From a virus (lineage: Duplodnaviria > Caudoviricetes), in IMG/VR virus record IMGVR_UViG_3300025816_002083, positions 1 to 49,998 of that record: 49,998 nt of DNA; one strand, written 5' to 3'. Below are positions 18,833-28,437 of this stretch, piece after piece. Made by a program: the position numbers and the translations under genes. How positions within the stretch are numbered: position 1 is the first letter of the stretch; every line of letters begins with the position of its first letter. Below the pieces are notes generated by a model. That model was given only the letters and a program-made list of their open reading frames with translations. It did no database searches and was not told the DNA's origin.

Positions 18833-20093
18833 TACAAATATTAACGAATACTACCCCAAAGAAGAGGTGCCACCAGTAACTTTAACAGCAGGAGAATCTT
18901 TAAAACCTCAAGTTGCAGCCCCAGATAAAGAAAAGGAAGTCGTTAATGACTCATTATCTTTAGAGGAAGGGATTGATGATTTAGGTATTGATTTACCTGA
19001 TATCCCACTTCCTGATGATGACCCAATTGAAGATTCTATTAAAGATGAATTTGACGATGCGGCATTTAATTTTGCTATAGTAGGTGTAGGTCAGGGAGGT
19101 TCCAGATTGGCAGAATCTTTTTGGAATTTAGGATATCGTCGAGTAGGTATTATTAATACAGCTCAACAAGATCTTTCTTTAATTAAAATACCTGAAGCTA
19201 ATAAACTTTTAATTGGCGATGGAGGAGCTGGTAAAAATCCTGACGCGGCTGATGAAGTTTTTAGGACTCGTTATGAAGATATTCTAGATTTTCTTAAAAA
19301 GACTTTTGGAAACGGTTATGAAAGAGTATTAGTTTGTGCAGGAGCTGGTGGAGGAACCGGCGCTGGAGGGGTATCTCGCGTTTTAGAAATTTGTCATGAT
19401 TTAAATCAATCTCTTGGAAAAGAAACTAAGGACACTGACGCTAAAGTCGGCTGTATTCTAGCTTTACCCACGAAAGGTGAAGGTATTAAAGTTCAGGAGA
19501 ATGCAAAGAAAACTACATTGAAAGTATTAGATCTCCAAAAAGCTGGAGTTATTTCACCTTTAGTTATTTTAGACAATGAGAAAATTAAACAACTTTACCC
19601 CAAATTGAGTATCAATCAATTCTGGAGTACGGCAAATAGTAGTATTTGCGCAGTTTTTCATCTATTTAACAAAATTTCAGCTAAGGAATCCGCATATACC
19701 ACCTTTGATAAAGCTGATTTAGACACGATTTTTTCCTCTGGAATCATTATGTTTGGAGCTACTCCTGTAAAAGACACTAGTGAAACAGGTATATCTTATG
19801 CAGTTAGAGATAATTTGCGTAAGAATATTCTTGCAGGGGTAGACGCTTCTACAGGTAACGTAGCAGCTTGTGTTATTATTGGTGATAAATACTCTCTTGA
19901 TAACATCCCTCAGTCCAGTTTAGAGCATGGGTTTGAGCAGTTGAGTCGGATGATGGGATCTAACTCAACAGTGCATAGAGGGATCTATGCTGGGGCCAAG
20001 AAAGGCATGGCAGTTTATACTGCGATAGGAGGTCTTCAAGCTCCTGATAATTTGTTTGACTATTTCTTTAAAGTCGATAGAGTATACAAGTGA
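18825..20093 (+). CDS. Tubulin/FtsZ-family GTPase with acidic N-terminal extension
   Basis: VGVGQGGSRLA, INTAQQD, GGAGKNP, GAGGGTGAGG signature, LP..GEG, LDNE, T7-like FDKADL. Confidence 0.92.
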   Translation: MSDTNINEYYPKEEVPPVTLTAGESLKPQVAAPDKEKEVVNDSLSLEEGIDDLGIDLPDIPLPDDDPIEDSIKDEFDDAAFNFAIVGVGQGGSRLAESFWNLGYRRVGIINTAQQDLSLIKIPEANKLLIGDGGAGKNPDAADEVFRTRYEDILDFLKKTFGNGYERVLVCAGAGGGTGAGGVSRVLEICHDLNQSLGKETKDTDAKVGCILALPTKGEGIKVQENAKKTTLKVLDLQKAGVISPLVILDNEKIKQLYPKLSINQFWSTANSSICAVFHLFNKISAKESAYTTFDKADLDTIFSSGIIMFGATPVKDTSETGISYAVRDNLRKNILAGVDASTGNVAACVIIGDKYSLDNIPQSSLEHGFEQLSRMMGSNSTVHRGIYAGAKKGMAVYTAIGGLQAPDNLFDYFFKVDRVYK

Positions 20094-20126
20094 TACAGGT
20101 ACTCTAAAAATTAAAAAATAAAGTAA

Positions 20127-21632
20127 ATGCCAATATACTCTAATCAGGTCGAGCACCATGTGCTCGGCGGACTGCTTAAACACCCTGACGTCCTCCCTGA
20201 CATTGACTCTTTTGTAAATGTTGGTGACTTCTATAACGAAGTTCATCAAACAATTTATTGTGTTTTACGAGAATCTATTCTTAATGAGGATAAAATAGAT
20301 AAAGTCCTAGTCGGTACAAAAATATCCAATTTGGGTATTTCATCGAAAGATGATATAGAAATATATGATTACATAAACACCCTGTATCACACCTCGATAA
20401 CAAAAAGCGGAGTAGAAGAAGCCTGTAAAGAACTGGTCAAGTTTAGGATTAGAAGAGAACTTAGTGAAACCGCTGATAGAATTAAAGATCATGTTACTAA
20501 TTCTTCTTGTGAGACTCTAGAGGAGATAATTTCTAAATCTGATTCCATCTATGGTGAGAAGGTTACTACATACTCTTTTGAAGATGACCCGCAAAACGTT
20601 TTTGATGATCTCGAATACCTAATTGAAGAAAGGGGTAATAACCCTGTAGATGATACAGGTCTACCGACTCCATACAGTGAGTTTAATCGACTTTTTGGGG
20701 GTCTACGAGATGGGAATGTTTATGCTATCGTCGCCAGACCCGCTCAAGGTAAAACTACATTTATAAATGATATATGTTTAGGTGCTGCTGTTAAGGCTGA
20801 CATACCTGTTTTGGTTCTTGATACTGAAATGACTACTCAAGAAATCCAATTCCGCATGGCTGCTGCAAATACTGGAGTTCCTCTGTGGTATCTTGAAACA
20901 GGTAAGTTTAGAAATAATAAAGAGATGGAAGCTAAAGTTCGAAAGTACTTCGCTACCATAAAGTCTCATAAATATTTTCATTACCACGTAAAAAATAAAA
21001 ATGTTGATGAAATTTGTGCTTTAATTAGAAGGTGGCACATGAAACATGTAGGTAGAGGCAATAAATGTATTATTGCTTACGATTACGTAAAACTTACAGG
21101 AGAAAAAGTAAGTCAAAGTTGGGCAGAGCATCAGGCTATCGGCGAAAAGATTGATAAACTTAAACGAATAGCTGAAGAAATAAATGCTCCTTTAATCACT
21201 GCTATGCAAATGAATAGAGCTGGAGAGAGTCATAATAGAAGTTCTAGCAATTTAGTAGATGACAGTTCTGCAATTGCTCTTTCTGATAGGCTCCAATGGT
21301 TTGCTAGCTTTGTTGCGATCTTTCGGCGTAAAACTATTGATGAGATAGCTTTAGACGGAGAAAGGTTTGGAACTCATAAACTCGTTCCTCTTAAAACTAG
21401 ATTTCAAGGGAAAGATGCTGCGGGTCATCAAGATTTAATTAGGCGGACTGTTCTTGAAAATATAAACGGAAGAGAAGTGGAAAGTGAAAAATTAATAAAC
21501 AATTTTTTAAATTTTTCTGTGTCTAACTTTAAAGTAACGGAGCAGGGGTCTCTCGAAGACATTATAAGATTTGAATCTCAAAATTTTGATATACAATCTG
21601 GTAACAACAGTGATACTGGACTATTGATATGA
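20127..21632 (+). CDS. dnaB: DnaB-family replicative helicase
   Basis: EHHVLGGLL...DFY...HQTIY; ARPAQGKT; LDTEM; YDYVKL; QMNR. Confidence 0.93.
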   Translation: MPIYSNQVEHHVLGGLLKHPDVLPDIDSFVNVGDFYNEVHQTIYCVLRESILNEDKIDKVLVGTKISNLGISSKDDIEIYDYINTLYHTSITKSGVEEACKELVKFRIRRELSETADRIKDHVTNSSCETLEEIISKSDSIYGEKVTTYSFEDDPQNVFDDLEYLIEERGNNPVDDTGLPTPYSEFNRLFGGLRDGNVYAIVARPAQGKTTFINDICLGAAVKADIPVLVLDTEMTTQEIQFRMAAANTGVPLWYLETGKFRNNKEMEAKVRKYFATIKSHKYFHYHVKNKNVDEICALIRRWHMKHVGRGNKCIIAYDYVKLTGEKVSQSWAEHQAIGEKIDKLKRIAEEINAPLITAMQMNRAGESHNRSSSNLVDDSSAIALSDRLQWFASFVAIFRRKTIDEIALDGERFGTHKLVPLKTRFQGKDAAGHQDLIRRTVLENINGREVESEKLINNFLNFSVSNFKVTEQGSLEDIIRFESQNFDIQSGNNSDTGLLI

Positions 21633-22525
21633 GTGATAGCGTAAAGGATATACTTACCCAAATTGGCTACACGTTACGAGATTGCGGAAACGAATATAGA
21701 GCTAAACCTCTTTATCGAGATTCAGATAACCATAATGTTTTGTGTATTAAAAAAGACACCGGGGTATGGTTTGACTTTAAAGAAAACAAATATGGGAAAC
21801 TGGAAGATCTAGTAAAGCTGACTTTAAACCTTAAGGATGTTTCTGAAGCTAAAGACTTCATAAAAAATAAGTTTAACTATCAGGCCCCAAAAGTTAGTAA
21901 ACCTAAGGTAAAAAGTCAATCTTCCTACAGAACTGATAATTTAAGTAAAATTTATCCAGAATACACATACTGGGAGAACCGGGGGATAGATAAAAGGACA
22001 TTGGAAGTCTTTGAAAGTGGGGTTATGAAAGACGGTAAATTAAAAGGTAGATACGTATTTCCAATTTTTGATAAATTAGATCGACTAGTGGGCTGCGCTG
22101 GTAGAGACGTTACAGGGGGAAGCGCTATAAAATGGAAACTTTTGGGAGAAAAAAAGTTTTGGGTATACCCTTTCAAGTATAATCAAAATCATATCAAGGA
22201 GTCTAAAAAAGTTTTTCTGGTCGAGAGTATCGGTGATATGTTAAGCCTGTGGGAGGCTGGTATAAAAAATACCTTGGTTTTGTTCGGGTTAAATGTTTCA
22301 TCTAAGATTAAACAAATATTAATTATGTTAAACTTGGAGAAAATATACATCTGCCTGAATAATGATGAGAATGGAGCTGGTAATACAGCTTCCCAAAAAG
22401 TCTACTCCAATCTTTTGAACCATTTGGACACAAATCAAATTTCTATAGAACTGCCAACTAAAAATGATTTTGGCTGTATGAGTAAGAGTGAAATATTAAA
22501 ATGGAAAAATCAAATAAACCCGTAA
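21629..22525 (+). CDS. dnaG: DNA primase (Toprim domain)
   Basis: YWENRGI, RYVFPIFD, GRD, FLVESIGD; NNDENGAG in place of DxD. Confidence 0.85.
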   Translation: MSDSVKDILTQIGYTLRDCGNEYRAKPLYRDSDNHNVLCIKKDTGVWFDFKENKYGKLEDLVKLTLNLKDVSEAKDFIKNKFNYQAPKVSKPKVKSQSSYRTDNLSKIYPEYTYWENRGIDKRTLEVFESGVMKDGKLKGRYVFPIFDKLDRLVGCAGRDVTGGSAIKWKLLGEKKFWVYPFKYNQNHIKESKKVFLVESIGDMLSLWEAGIKNTLVLFGLNVSSKIKQILIMLNLEKIYICLNNDENGAGNTASQKVYSNLLNHLDTNQISIELPTKNDFGCMSKSEILKWKNQINP

Positions 22526-23505
22526 AGGAAAAAATTCTTTCAGCGTCTAGGATTAAGACCCTTGAAACTTGTTCTTGGTCCTATTGGTGTAATTATCATT
22601 TAAGAGTCCCTCAGAAACAAAATGAGGGCGCTTTACGAGGAACCGTATGCCATCTAGCGTTTGAGATGCTTGTGAAGCCCAAGCATAAAAAACATTTTAC
22701 CAAATTAGTTAAAAGCGGTTCTATTAAAAGCGATCCAGCTATCTTAAGGTTAGTCTTGAAGCACCTAACCCAAATGGAAAGAGCTTATGATCTTCCCATG
22801 ACTAATGAAGAAAATTTTAATCTAGTTGATGAAATGATTCTTGTAGGTTTAAATTGTGATTTCTTTGGAAAAGGCGGTAAGGTGGACAAACCCGAGCACG
22901 AATTCTTACTAGAGAGCAAAGACCCCGAATACAAAGTTAGAGGATTTATTGATAAGCCGATAGTTTACAAACGCGGAAAAAAGATTAAAATTGTAGATTA
23001 TAAAAGCAGTAAATATAAGTTCAGGGGGGAGGAGCTCCATTCAAATATCCAAGCAATGGTTTACACCTTAGCCTCAAAGAAAGAGTGGAAAGGACTTAAA
23101 CCTATGGTAGAGTTCCAATTTTTACGTCACCCCAAACAACCTCTTCAGCAATTGGAGTTTACCGATGACCAGTTAAAAGGTTTAGAATACTATCTGGCGC
23201 ATACCTTCTCAATTGTAAACAATTTCACTGAAGAAACCGCTAAAACTAATTACGCAGCCGATACAAAGAAAAATTCTTGGATGTGTAAAATAGGTAAGTG
23301 GAGATGCCCGTATTTAGACCCTTATGATTACTTTGTTATTGTCGATAAGAGCGGAAAAGAAATTAACAAATCCTTTAAGAAGAAGGACTTGGAAAAAAAA
23401 CTTTTACCTGAAGAAGGGCAAAAAATAGAGGAGAGAAAATACGATGGATGTCCTCGTCACAAACATCCAAAAGTTACAAACAATATCCTTGACATGTTTT
23501 CATGA
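22501..23505 (+). CDS. PD-(D/E)XK (RecB/Cas4-like) nuclease
   Basis: LSASRIKTLETC, RGTVCH, RGFID, IVDYKS, Q...Y, C-terminal Cys. Confidence 0.85.
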   Translation: MEKSNKPVKEKILSASRIKTLETCSWSYWCNYHLRVPQKQNEGALRGTVCHLAFEMLVKPKHKKHFTKLVKSGSIKSDPAILRLVLKHLTQMERAYDLPMTNEENFNLVDEMILVGLNCDFFGKGGKVDKPEHEFLLESKDPEYKVRGFIDKPIVYKRGKKIKIVDYKSSKYKFRGEELHSNIQAMVYTLASKKEWKGLKPMVEFQFLRHPKQPLQQLEFTDDQLKGLEYYLAHTFSIVNNFTEETAKTNYAADTKKNSWMCKIGKWRCPYLDPYDYFVIVDKSGKEINKSFKKKDLEKKLLPEEGQKIEERKYDGCPRHKHPKVTNNILDMFS

Positions 23506-23517
23506 TTTCATTAGAAT
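23489..23517 (+). promoter_or_regulatory. Sigma70-type promoter, leaderless
   Basis: TTGACA-N17-TAGAAT, 7 nt before ATG 23525. Confidence 0.7.
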
Positions 23518-23524
23518 TGGTCGC

Positions 23525-24289
23525 ATGGAAGAAATAGTTCCTCTTTTTAAAAGTCATTGTAGTTTAGGTAGGTCAATACTAACCTTAGAAAAACCAGAAG
23601 ATGAAAAAAATTCAGAAGTCAGTGATTCCATATTCGATATAGCTCAAGAAGATAACCTAAAAGAAATTTTTCTTGTCGAAGACAGTATGACAGGTTTTTT
23701 GCAAGCGTATACTAATTCACAAGCTTTAGATTTAAAGTTAATTTTTGGTTTACGTTTAACATTCTGCCCAGACTGTTTGGAGAAATCGGAAGAAGGAAGA
23801 AAGAACTCTTATAAAAATGTAATTTTTGCACGTAATCACCAAGGGTACAAACAGTTAATTAAAATTTATACTTATGCTGCTCAGGAAGGTTTTTACTATG
23901 AACCTAGAATTGACAATCAGAAGTTTAAAGAGTATTATACTGAAGACTTGGTGGTTGGGGTTCCTTTTTACGACTCTTTTCTTTACGTAAATAAATACAC
24001 AAATTCACATTGTGTACCTGACTTTTCTTTTTGTGATCCTGTGTTTTTTTTAGAGGATAACGATGTATTGATAGATCAGGATTTATCTGCTTCTGTGTTA
24101 AATTTTTGTGAGGATAAGTATGAAGTCATTAAATCTAAAAGTGTTTATTATAAAAACGAAAAAGATTTCGGAGCTTACTTAACTCATCGATGTATAAGTA
24201 AAAGGACATCGCTTGAAAAACCTAATTTTGAAGGAATGTGTTCAAATGAATTTTCTTACGAGAGCTACAAAAGGCAAGTAAATGGATAG
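23525..24289 (+). CDS. Stand-alone PHP domain of DNA polymerase III alpha
   Basis: FKSHCSLGRS, LKLIFGL, FARNHQGYKQLIKI, FYYEPRID. Confidence 0.85.
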   Translation: MEEIVPLFKSHCSLGRSILTLEKPEDEKNSEVSDSIFDIAQEDNLKEIFLVEDSMTGFLQAYTNSQALDLKLIFGLRLTFCPDCLEKSEEGRKNSYKNVIFARNHQGYKQLIKIYTYAAQEGFYYEPRIDNQKFKEYYTEDLVVGVPFYDSFLYVNKYTNSHCVPDFSFCDPVFFLEDNDVLIDQDLSASVLNFCEDKYEVIKSKSVYYKNEKDFGAYLTHRCISKRTSLEKPNFEGMCSNEFSYESYKRQVNG

Positions 24290-24947
24290 TCACTTAATAA
24301 GATTCCAAGAGAAGAAGTTTTTATTTTTAGATTTTGAAACCTTTAACCTAAACCTTAACTGTGAATTTAATTTACCATGGCAAGTAGCCACTCTTCTTAT
24401 TGAGACAAAAAAAGATGACAATGGTAATTTAAGAAATTATGAAATAAATCGTCAAGATTTGCATCTAGAATGGGACACAGACCTAAAGATAAGTGCTGAT
24501 GCAAGACGTATAACTGGATACTCAGAAACAAGATTTAAGCAGAAATGCATTGCTCAGGAAGAGGCATTTAAAGTTATTTATGAGCTTTGTGAAAAATGTG
24601 ATTATATCGTGGGTCATAATGTTCTGGGGTTTGATATATTTTTATTAAGAGATTGGTACAAGTTTCATGGAAAGCCTTATAAGCATTTACCTTTCAAAGT
24701 TATAGATACTCTTTCTTTTGGGAGATCCCTAGCTATAGATTCGAGTTTCGAAAAAAGCGGTAGTTCACTTTTTGAATTCCAAATGAAGATGCTGAGTGTC
24801 AGAAAAAAAGGTCTTAAAACAAGTCTGGGAGCTTTAGGTAAAGCTTACGGCATTGAGCACGATTACGCTAAACTGCATGATGCTTTAGTAGATCTTGAGC
24901 TCAACTTAAAAGTTTGGAATAAAATTAAACAACAGATAGATTTTTAA
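24282..24947 (+). CDS. DEDDh 3'-5' exonuclease (DnaQ-like)
   Basis: FLDFET, VGHNVLGFD, IDTL, LHDALVD. Confidence 0.9.
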   Translation: MDSHLIRFQEKKFLFLDFETFNLNLNCEFNLPWQVATLLIETKKDDNGNLRNYEINRQDLHLEWDTDLKISADARRITGYSETRFKQKCIAQEEAFKVIYELCEKCDYIVGHNVLGFDIFLLRDWYKFHGKPYKHLPFKVIDTLSFGRSLAIDSSFEKSGSSLFEFQMKMLSVRKKGLKTSLGALGKAYGIEHDYAKLHDALVDLELNLKVWNKIKQQIDF

Positions 24948-24975
24948 TCAAACTTGCTAGCTTCTATAATTACAT

Positions 24976-25212
24976 ATGGCTAGTTTAGACTTTGTATACG
25001 ATATAACAGACAAACTTGAAGAAGACAATATAGAGTACATCGTACTCACTCTCCAAGAAGGTAAAGAAACAGATACAGTAAATATATTTTACAGTACGAA
25101 ACCAGAGTCGAAAGACTCTATACTAACAGCCCTCGAGAAGCTCACAAAACTTATAAAAGAGAATGACGGTAACGACTCACCAAAAAAAAGAAGACGCCGG
25201 AAAAAACCTTAA
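24976..25212 (+). CDS. Hypothetical protein
   Basis: 78 aa with basic tail; TATAAT 5 nt before ATG. Confidence 0.6.
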   Translation: MASLDFVYDITDKLEEDNIEYIVLTLQEGKETDTVNIFYSTKPESKDSILTALEKLTKLIKENDGNDSPKKRRRRKKP

Positions 25213-27793
25213 ATTTTCAAGCAGGTTTGAACCTTTAGATTTACCTTTGCATGGTGTTCGGCTCCCACAGTTTAAAATTGAAGATAAACATTTTAAAGAA
25301 TACGAGATAGATAAGACTGTTACAAATTTAGAGTTTTTGAGACGTCTGTGTACAAAAAGGTTTAAAGTTTTAGGACTGGATAAAAAAGATAACAGTAAGG
25401 AGTATGTCGACAGAATGAAAAGGGAACTCACGCTTATCAAAGAGCTTGGTTTCGTTGATTACATGCTTCTTGTTTGGAAGGTCGTTAAATTTTGTAGAGA
25501 TAAAGATATCCCTTTAGGGCTGGGGCGTGGATCAGCAGCCGGGAGCTTAACCCTTTACTTACTGCATGTTACATCTATTGACCCCATTAAATATGACTTA
25601 CTATTTGAGAGGTTTGTTTCTAAAGCTAGAGCTAAGAAAAACGTAGTTGATGGAGTGACCTATTTGGATGGGGATTTAATGTGCGACGTAGATATTGATG
25701 TATGTTACTATCGGAGGCAGGAAATCTTAAAATACCTTAAAGAAGAATTCTCAGGATATAGTTCTAAAATTCTTACATTAAACACTCTCTCAGGAAAGCT
25801 AGTCATGAAAGAGTGCGGTAAAGTAGTGTCTGATAAGAACGAAACTGAAATGAATCATGTTTCAGGTATGATTCCAAAGGTTTTCGGGCAGGTTATGGAT
25901 ATTGCGGAAGCTAGAGAAGAAGTAGAAGAGTTCGATAAGTGGTGCAAGGAAAACCCTAAAGTCTACAAAATAGCTCAAAAGATAAAAGGTTTAATTAAAA
26001 ATAAAGGAGTCCACGCTTCGGCTGTAATGCTTTCTTATGAGAAAACCTTGGATAGCTGCCCCTGTGAGTTAGACTCGTCCAAAGAGCCTGTTTCCACTTT
26101 TGAGGCTAATTGGGTTAATAAATTTAACGTTAAGTTAGATGTATTAGGACTTAGAACTTCTTCTGTGGTTTCTGAATGTTGTAAAACTCTTCGAGAATCT
26201 CAAGGTTTGGATATATATCCTGAAACTATTGATCTAGATAACACTGAAATATACGAGCTATTAAATGCAGGCATGCAGGAAGGTCTACCTAATGGTTTAT
26301 TCCAAATTGAGGGAGATTTAGCTACGCAAACGTGTCTCAAAGTCAAACCTAAGACATTTGAACATTTAAGTGCTGTTTTAGCATTAGCTCGCCCGGGGGC
26401 TATGGATTACATTGACCAATATGCTGAATATGTAAACAACGATACATACGATCCTATTCATGAGTTTTTTAATGACATTCTAGGAAAAACTGGAGGTATC
26501 GCTTTATATCAAGAGCAGTTAATGGCAATGGCTCATAAAATTGGATTTACCCTTGATGAGGCGGAGGTATTAAGACGTATCGTCGGTAAGAAAAAAGTTT
26601 CAGAAGTCCGAAAATGGAAAAAGAAGATTAGGGATAAAATAAAACAAAAAGGTCTAGATAAAGAAATCGGAGACGTTTTGTGGAAAGTTCTAGAGGATTC
26701 AGCTAATTATTCTTACAATAAATCTCATTCAATTTCTTACGCTGCTCTAACTGCTGCAACAGCTTACTTAAAATTTAAATACCAAAAAGAATTTTATTTG
26801 TCACTATTAAAGATGACAAAATTCGAACCTAAACCCTTGGAGGAGATATCCAAGATATCAAGAGAGCTTAGGATAAAAGGAATAGAACTTCTGGGGCCTA
26901 ATTTGCTTAAGTCAGAAATGGATTTTTCCATTGAAGGCGAAAATATTAGATTCGGACTCACTTCAATTAAAGGGATAGCGGAAAAGTCTATACAGAAATT
27001 AGAATCTTTCAAAGATAAGTATTCTAGTAAATTTGATGTTTTTCAAGGTGCGGGTGAAGCTGGTATAGGAGTTGGAATTCTTTCGTCTTTAATTCAAGCT
27101 GGAGCTTTAGACGGCAACGTGAAAGAGCCTAGAAGTAAGCTCGTAGCCGAGGCTCAATTATGGAATATTCTCACTAAAAGAGAGCGAGGTTATGTTTTTG
27201 ACATTGCTGATCAATATGATTATGGGTTGGCAAAGATAGTGCATGTACTTTACGAAGAGCTGAAAGATATAAAAGGTAAGCCTATCATAAAGGAGTCTCG
27301 AATGGAAACGATTAGAAAACATTTTGAGCCTTACAGAGAGATTTACAACAAGAATAAATCGAATGAAGATTTTGCAAACTGGTACTATGAGAACATTCTC
27401 TTAGGATATACCTATGGGAAAAGACTTAAAGATGTTAGCCCCGAATATAGCCACCTTACAACCATTGAGGATTCCTTGAATGAGGTTGAAGGATCTACTG
27501 TTACCTTCATCGGGACGATTGAAGATACGTTTAAAAGCAAAAGTAAGAAAGGCACTCCTTACTTTAAAATGACAATTAAAGATGAGACGGCCGAATGCAA
27601 CGCTATGATTTTTACTCAGAAAAAGAAAGACAATATCGAGATATGTAAAAATTCAAACAATGGAGACTTGCCAAAGAAAGGTAATATTGTTATAGTAAAA
27701 GGATCAGTCAAAGAAGGTAATACGGTGTTCGCAAGCAAAGTTAAAGTCCAAGATCAAAAGATTTACATGAAGTTAAGTCAGTTAAAAAAGTAA
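25163..27793 (+). CDS. dnaE: DNA polymerase III alpha catalytic part (lacks PHP)
   Basis: GRGSAAGSL, LLFERF, CDVDID, HASAV, KLDVLGL, YQEQLM, YSYNKSHS, IRFGL..IKG, OB fold. Confidence 0.95.
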   Translation: MTVTTHQKKEDAGKNLKFSSRFEPLDLPLHGVRLPQFKIEDKHFKEYEIDKTVTNLEFLRRLCTKRFKVLGLDKKDNSKEYVDRMKRELTLIKELGFVDYMLLVWKVVKFCRDKDIPLGLGRGSAAGSLTLYLLHVTSIDPIKYDLLFERFVSKARAKKNVVDGVTYLDGDLMCDVDIDVCYYRRQEILKYLKEEFSGYSSKILTLNTLSGKLVMKECGKVVSDKNETEMNHVSGMIPKVFGQVMDIAEAREEVEEFDKWCKENPKVYKIAQKIKGLIKNKGVHASAVMLSYEKTLDSCPCELDSSKEPVSTFEANWVNKFNVKLDVLGLRTSSVVSECCKTLRESQGLDIYPETIDLDNTEIYELLNAGMQEGLPNGLFQIEGDLATQTCLKVKPKTFEHLSAVLALARPGAMDYIDQYAEYVNNDTYDPIHEFFNDILGKTGGIALYQEQLMAMAHKIGFTLDEAEVLRRIVGKKKVSEVRKWKKKIRDKIKQKGLDKEIGDVLWKVLEDSANYSYNKSHSISYAALTAATAYLKFKYQKEFYLSLLKMTKFEPKPLEEISKISRELRIKGIELLGPNLLKSEMDFSIEGENIRFGLTSIKGIAEKSIQKLESFKDKYSSKFDVFQGAGEAGIGVGILSSLIQAGALDGNVKEPRSKLVAEAQLWNILTKRERGYVFDIADQYDYGLAKIVHVLYEELKDIKGKPIIKESRMETIRKHFEPYREIYNKNKSNEDFANWYYENILLGYTYGKRLKDVSPEYSHLTTIEDSLNEVEGSTVTFIGTIEDTFKSKSKKGTPYFKMTIKDETAECNAMIFTQKKKDNIEICKNSNNGDLPKKGNIVIVKGSVKEGNTVFASKVKVQDQKIYMKLSQLKK

Positions 27794-27840
27794 ACAAACT
27801 TAATTTCTCAACCCCAACCCCCCTAAATTAGTAAAGTATT

Positions 27841-28437
27841 ATGTTACAATTCTATAAACCTAACCCAAAAAACACAGGCGCAGCCTGCTCATTCTCTTAC
27901 AATAAAAAAGATAAAGCAGTATGGGTCAATTTCGTAAAACAATCGAGCTGGAATGGCGATAGCAAAACTGGAACTTTCAGAGGATCAGGGCCAGATAAAA
28001 AAGCTAACTCTAAATTTAATATGACTGAGGTAGCTGGTCTGGTTCACGCTATAGAGACTTCTGGTGAGTATAGTAATTACCATGGTAATAGAGAGAGGAA
28101 TACTAAATTTACATTTTGCCCTTATATGCAAAACGAGAAGCAAATTGGATACAGTTTTAAATTAGCTCAAAGTAATTCGGCCGATGGAACAAACAAGTCT
28201 TTTCTCATTGGGTTTAAGTTCGAAGAAGGTCGTCTTCTCAAGCAGTTCCTTCTGACAGTAATTAATAATTACTCTCTCGAATCTATTGAGCAAAGCCAAT
28301 ACGGAAATTCTAACGACTACAATAAAGGATCAAATAATTACAATAAAAATCCTGATCCAGTTCAGAAAAAAGTAGAAAAAGCTGCTTCGGCTGCGGATAA
28401 TAATCACAGTGGAAACACTGATGATATCCCGTGGTGA
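27841..28437 (+). CDS. Putative ssDNA-binding protein (Whirly/PC4-like, SSB-type tail)
   Basis: Follows dnaE; aromatic beta-rich core, N-rich linker, C-terminal DDIPW. Confidence 0.55.
   Translation: MLQFYKPNPKNTGAACSFSYNKKDKAVWVNFVKQSSWNGDSKTGTFRGSGPDKKANSKFNMTEVAGLVHAIETSGEYSNYHGNRERNTKFTFCPYMQNEKQIGYSFKLAQSNSADGTNKSFLIGFKFEEGRLLKQFLLTVINNYSLESIEQSQYGNSNDYNKGSNNYNKNPDPVQKKVEKAASAADNNHSGNTDDIPW

Noticed and set aside
22501-23505. Cas4 of a CRISPR system
   Set aside because: Stand-alone PD-(D/E)XK nuclease in a replication operon, with no cas neighbours
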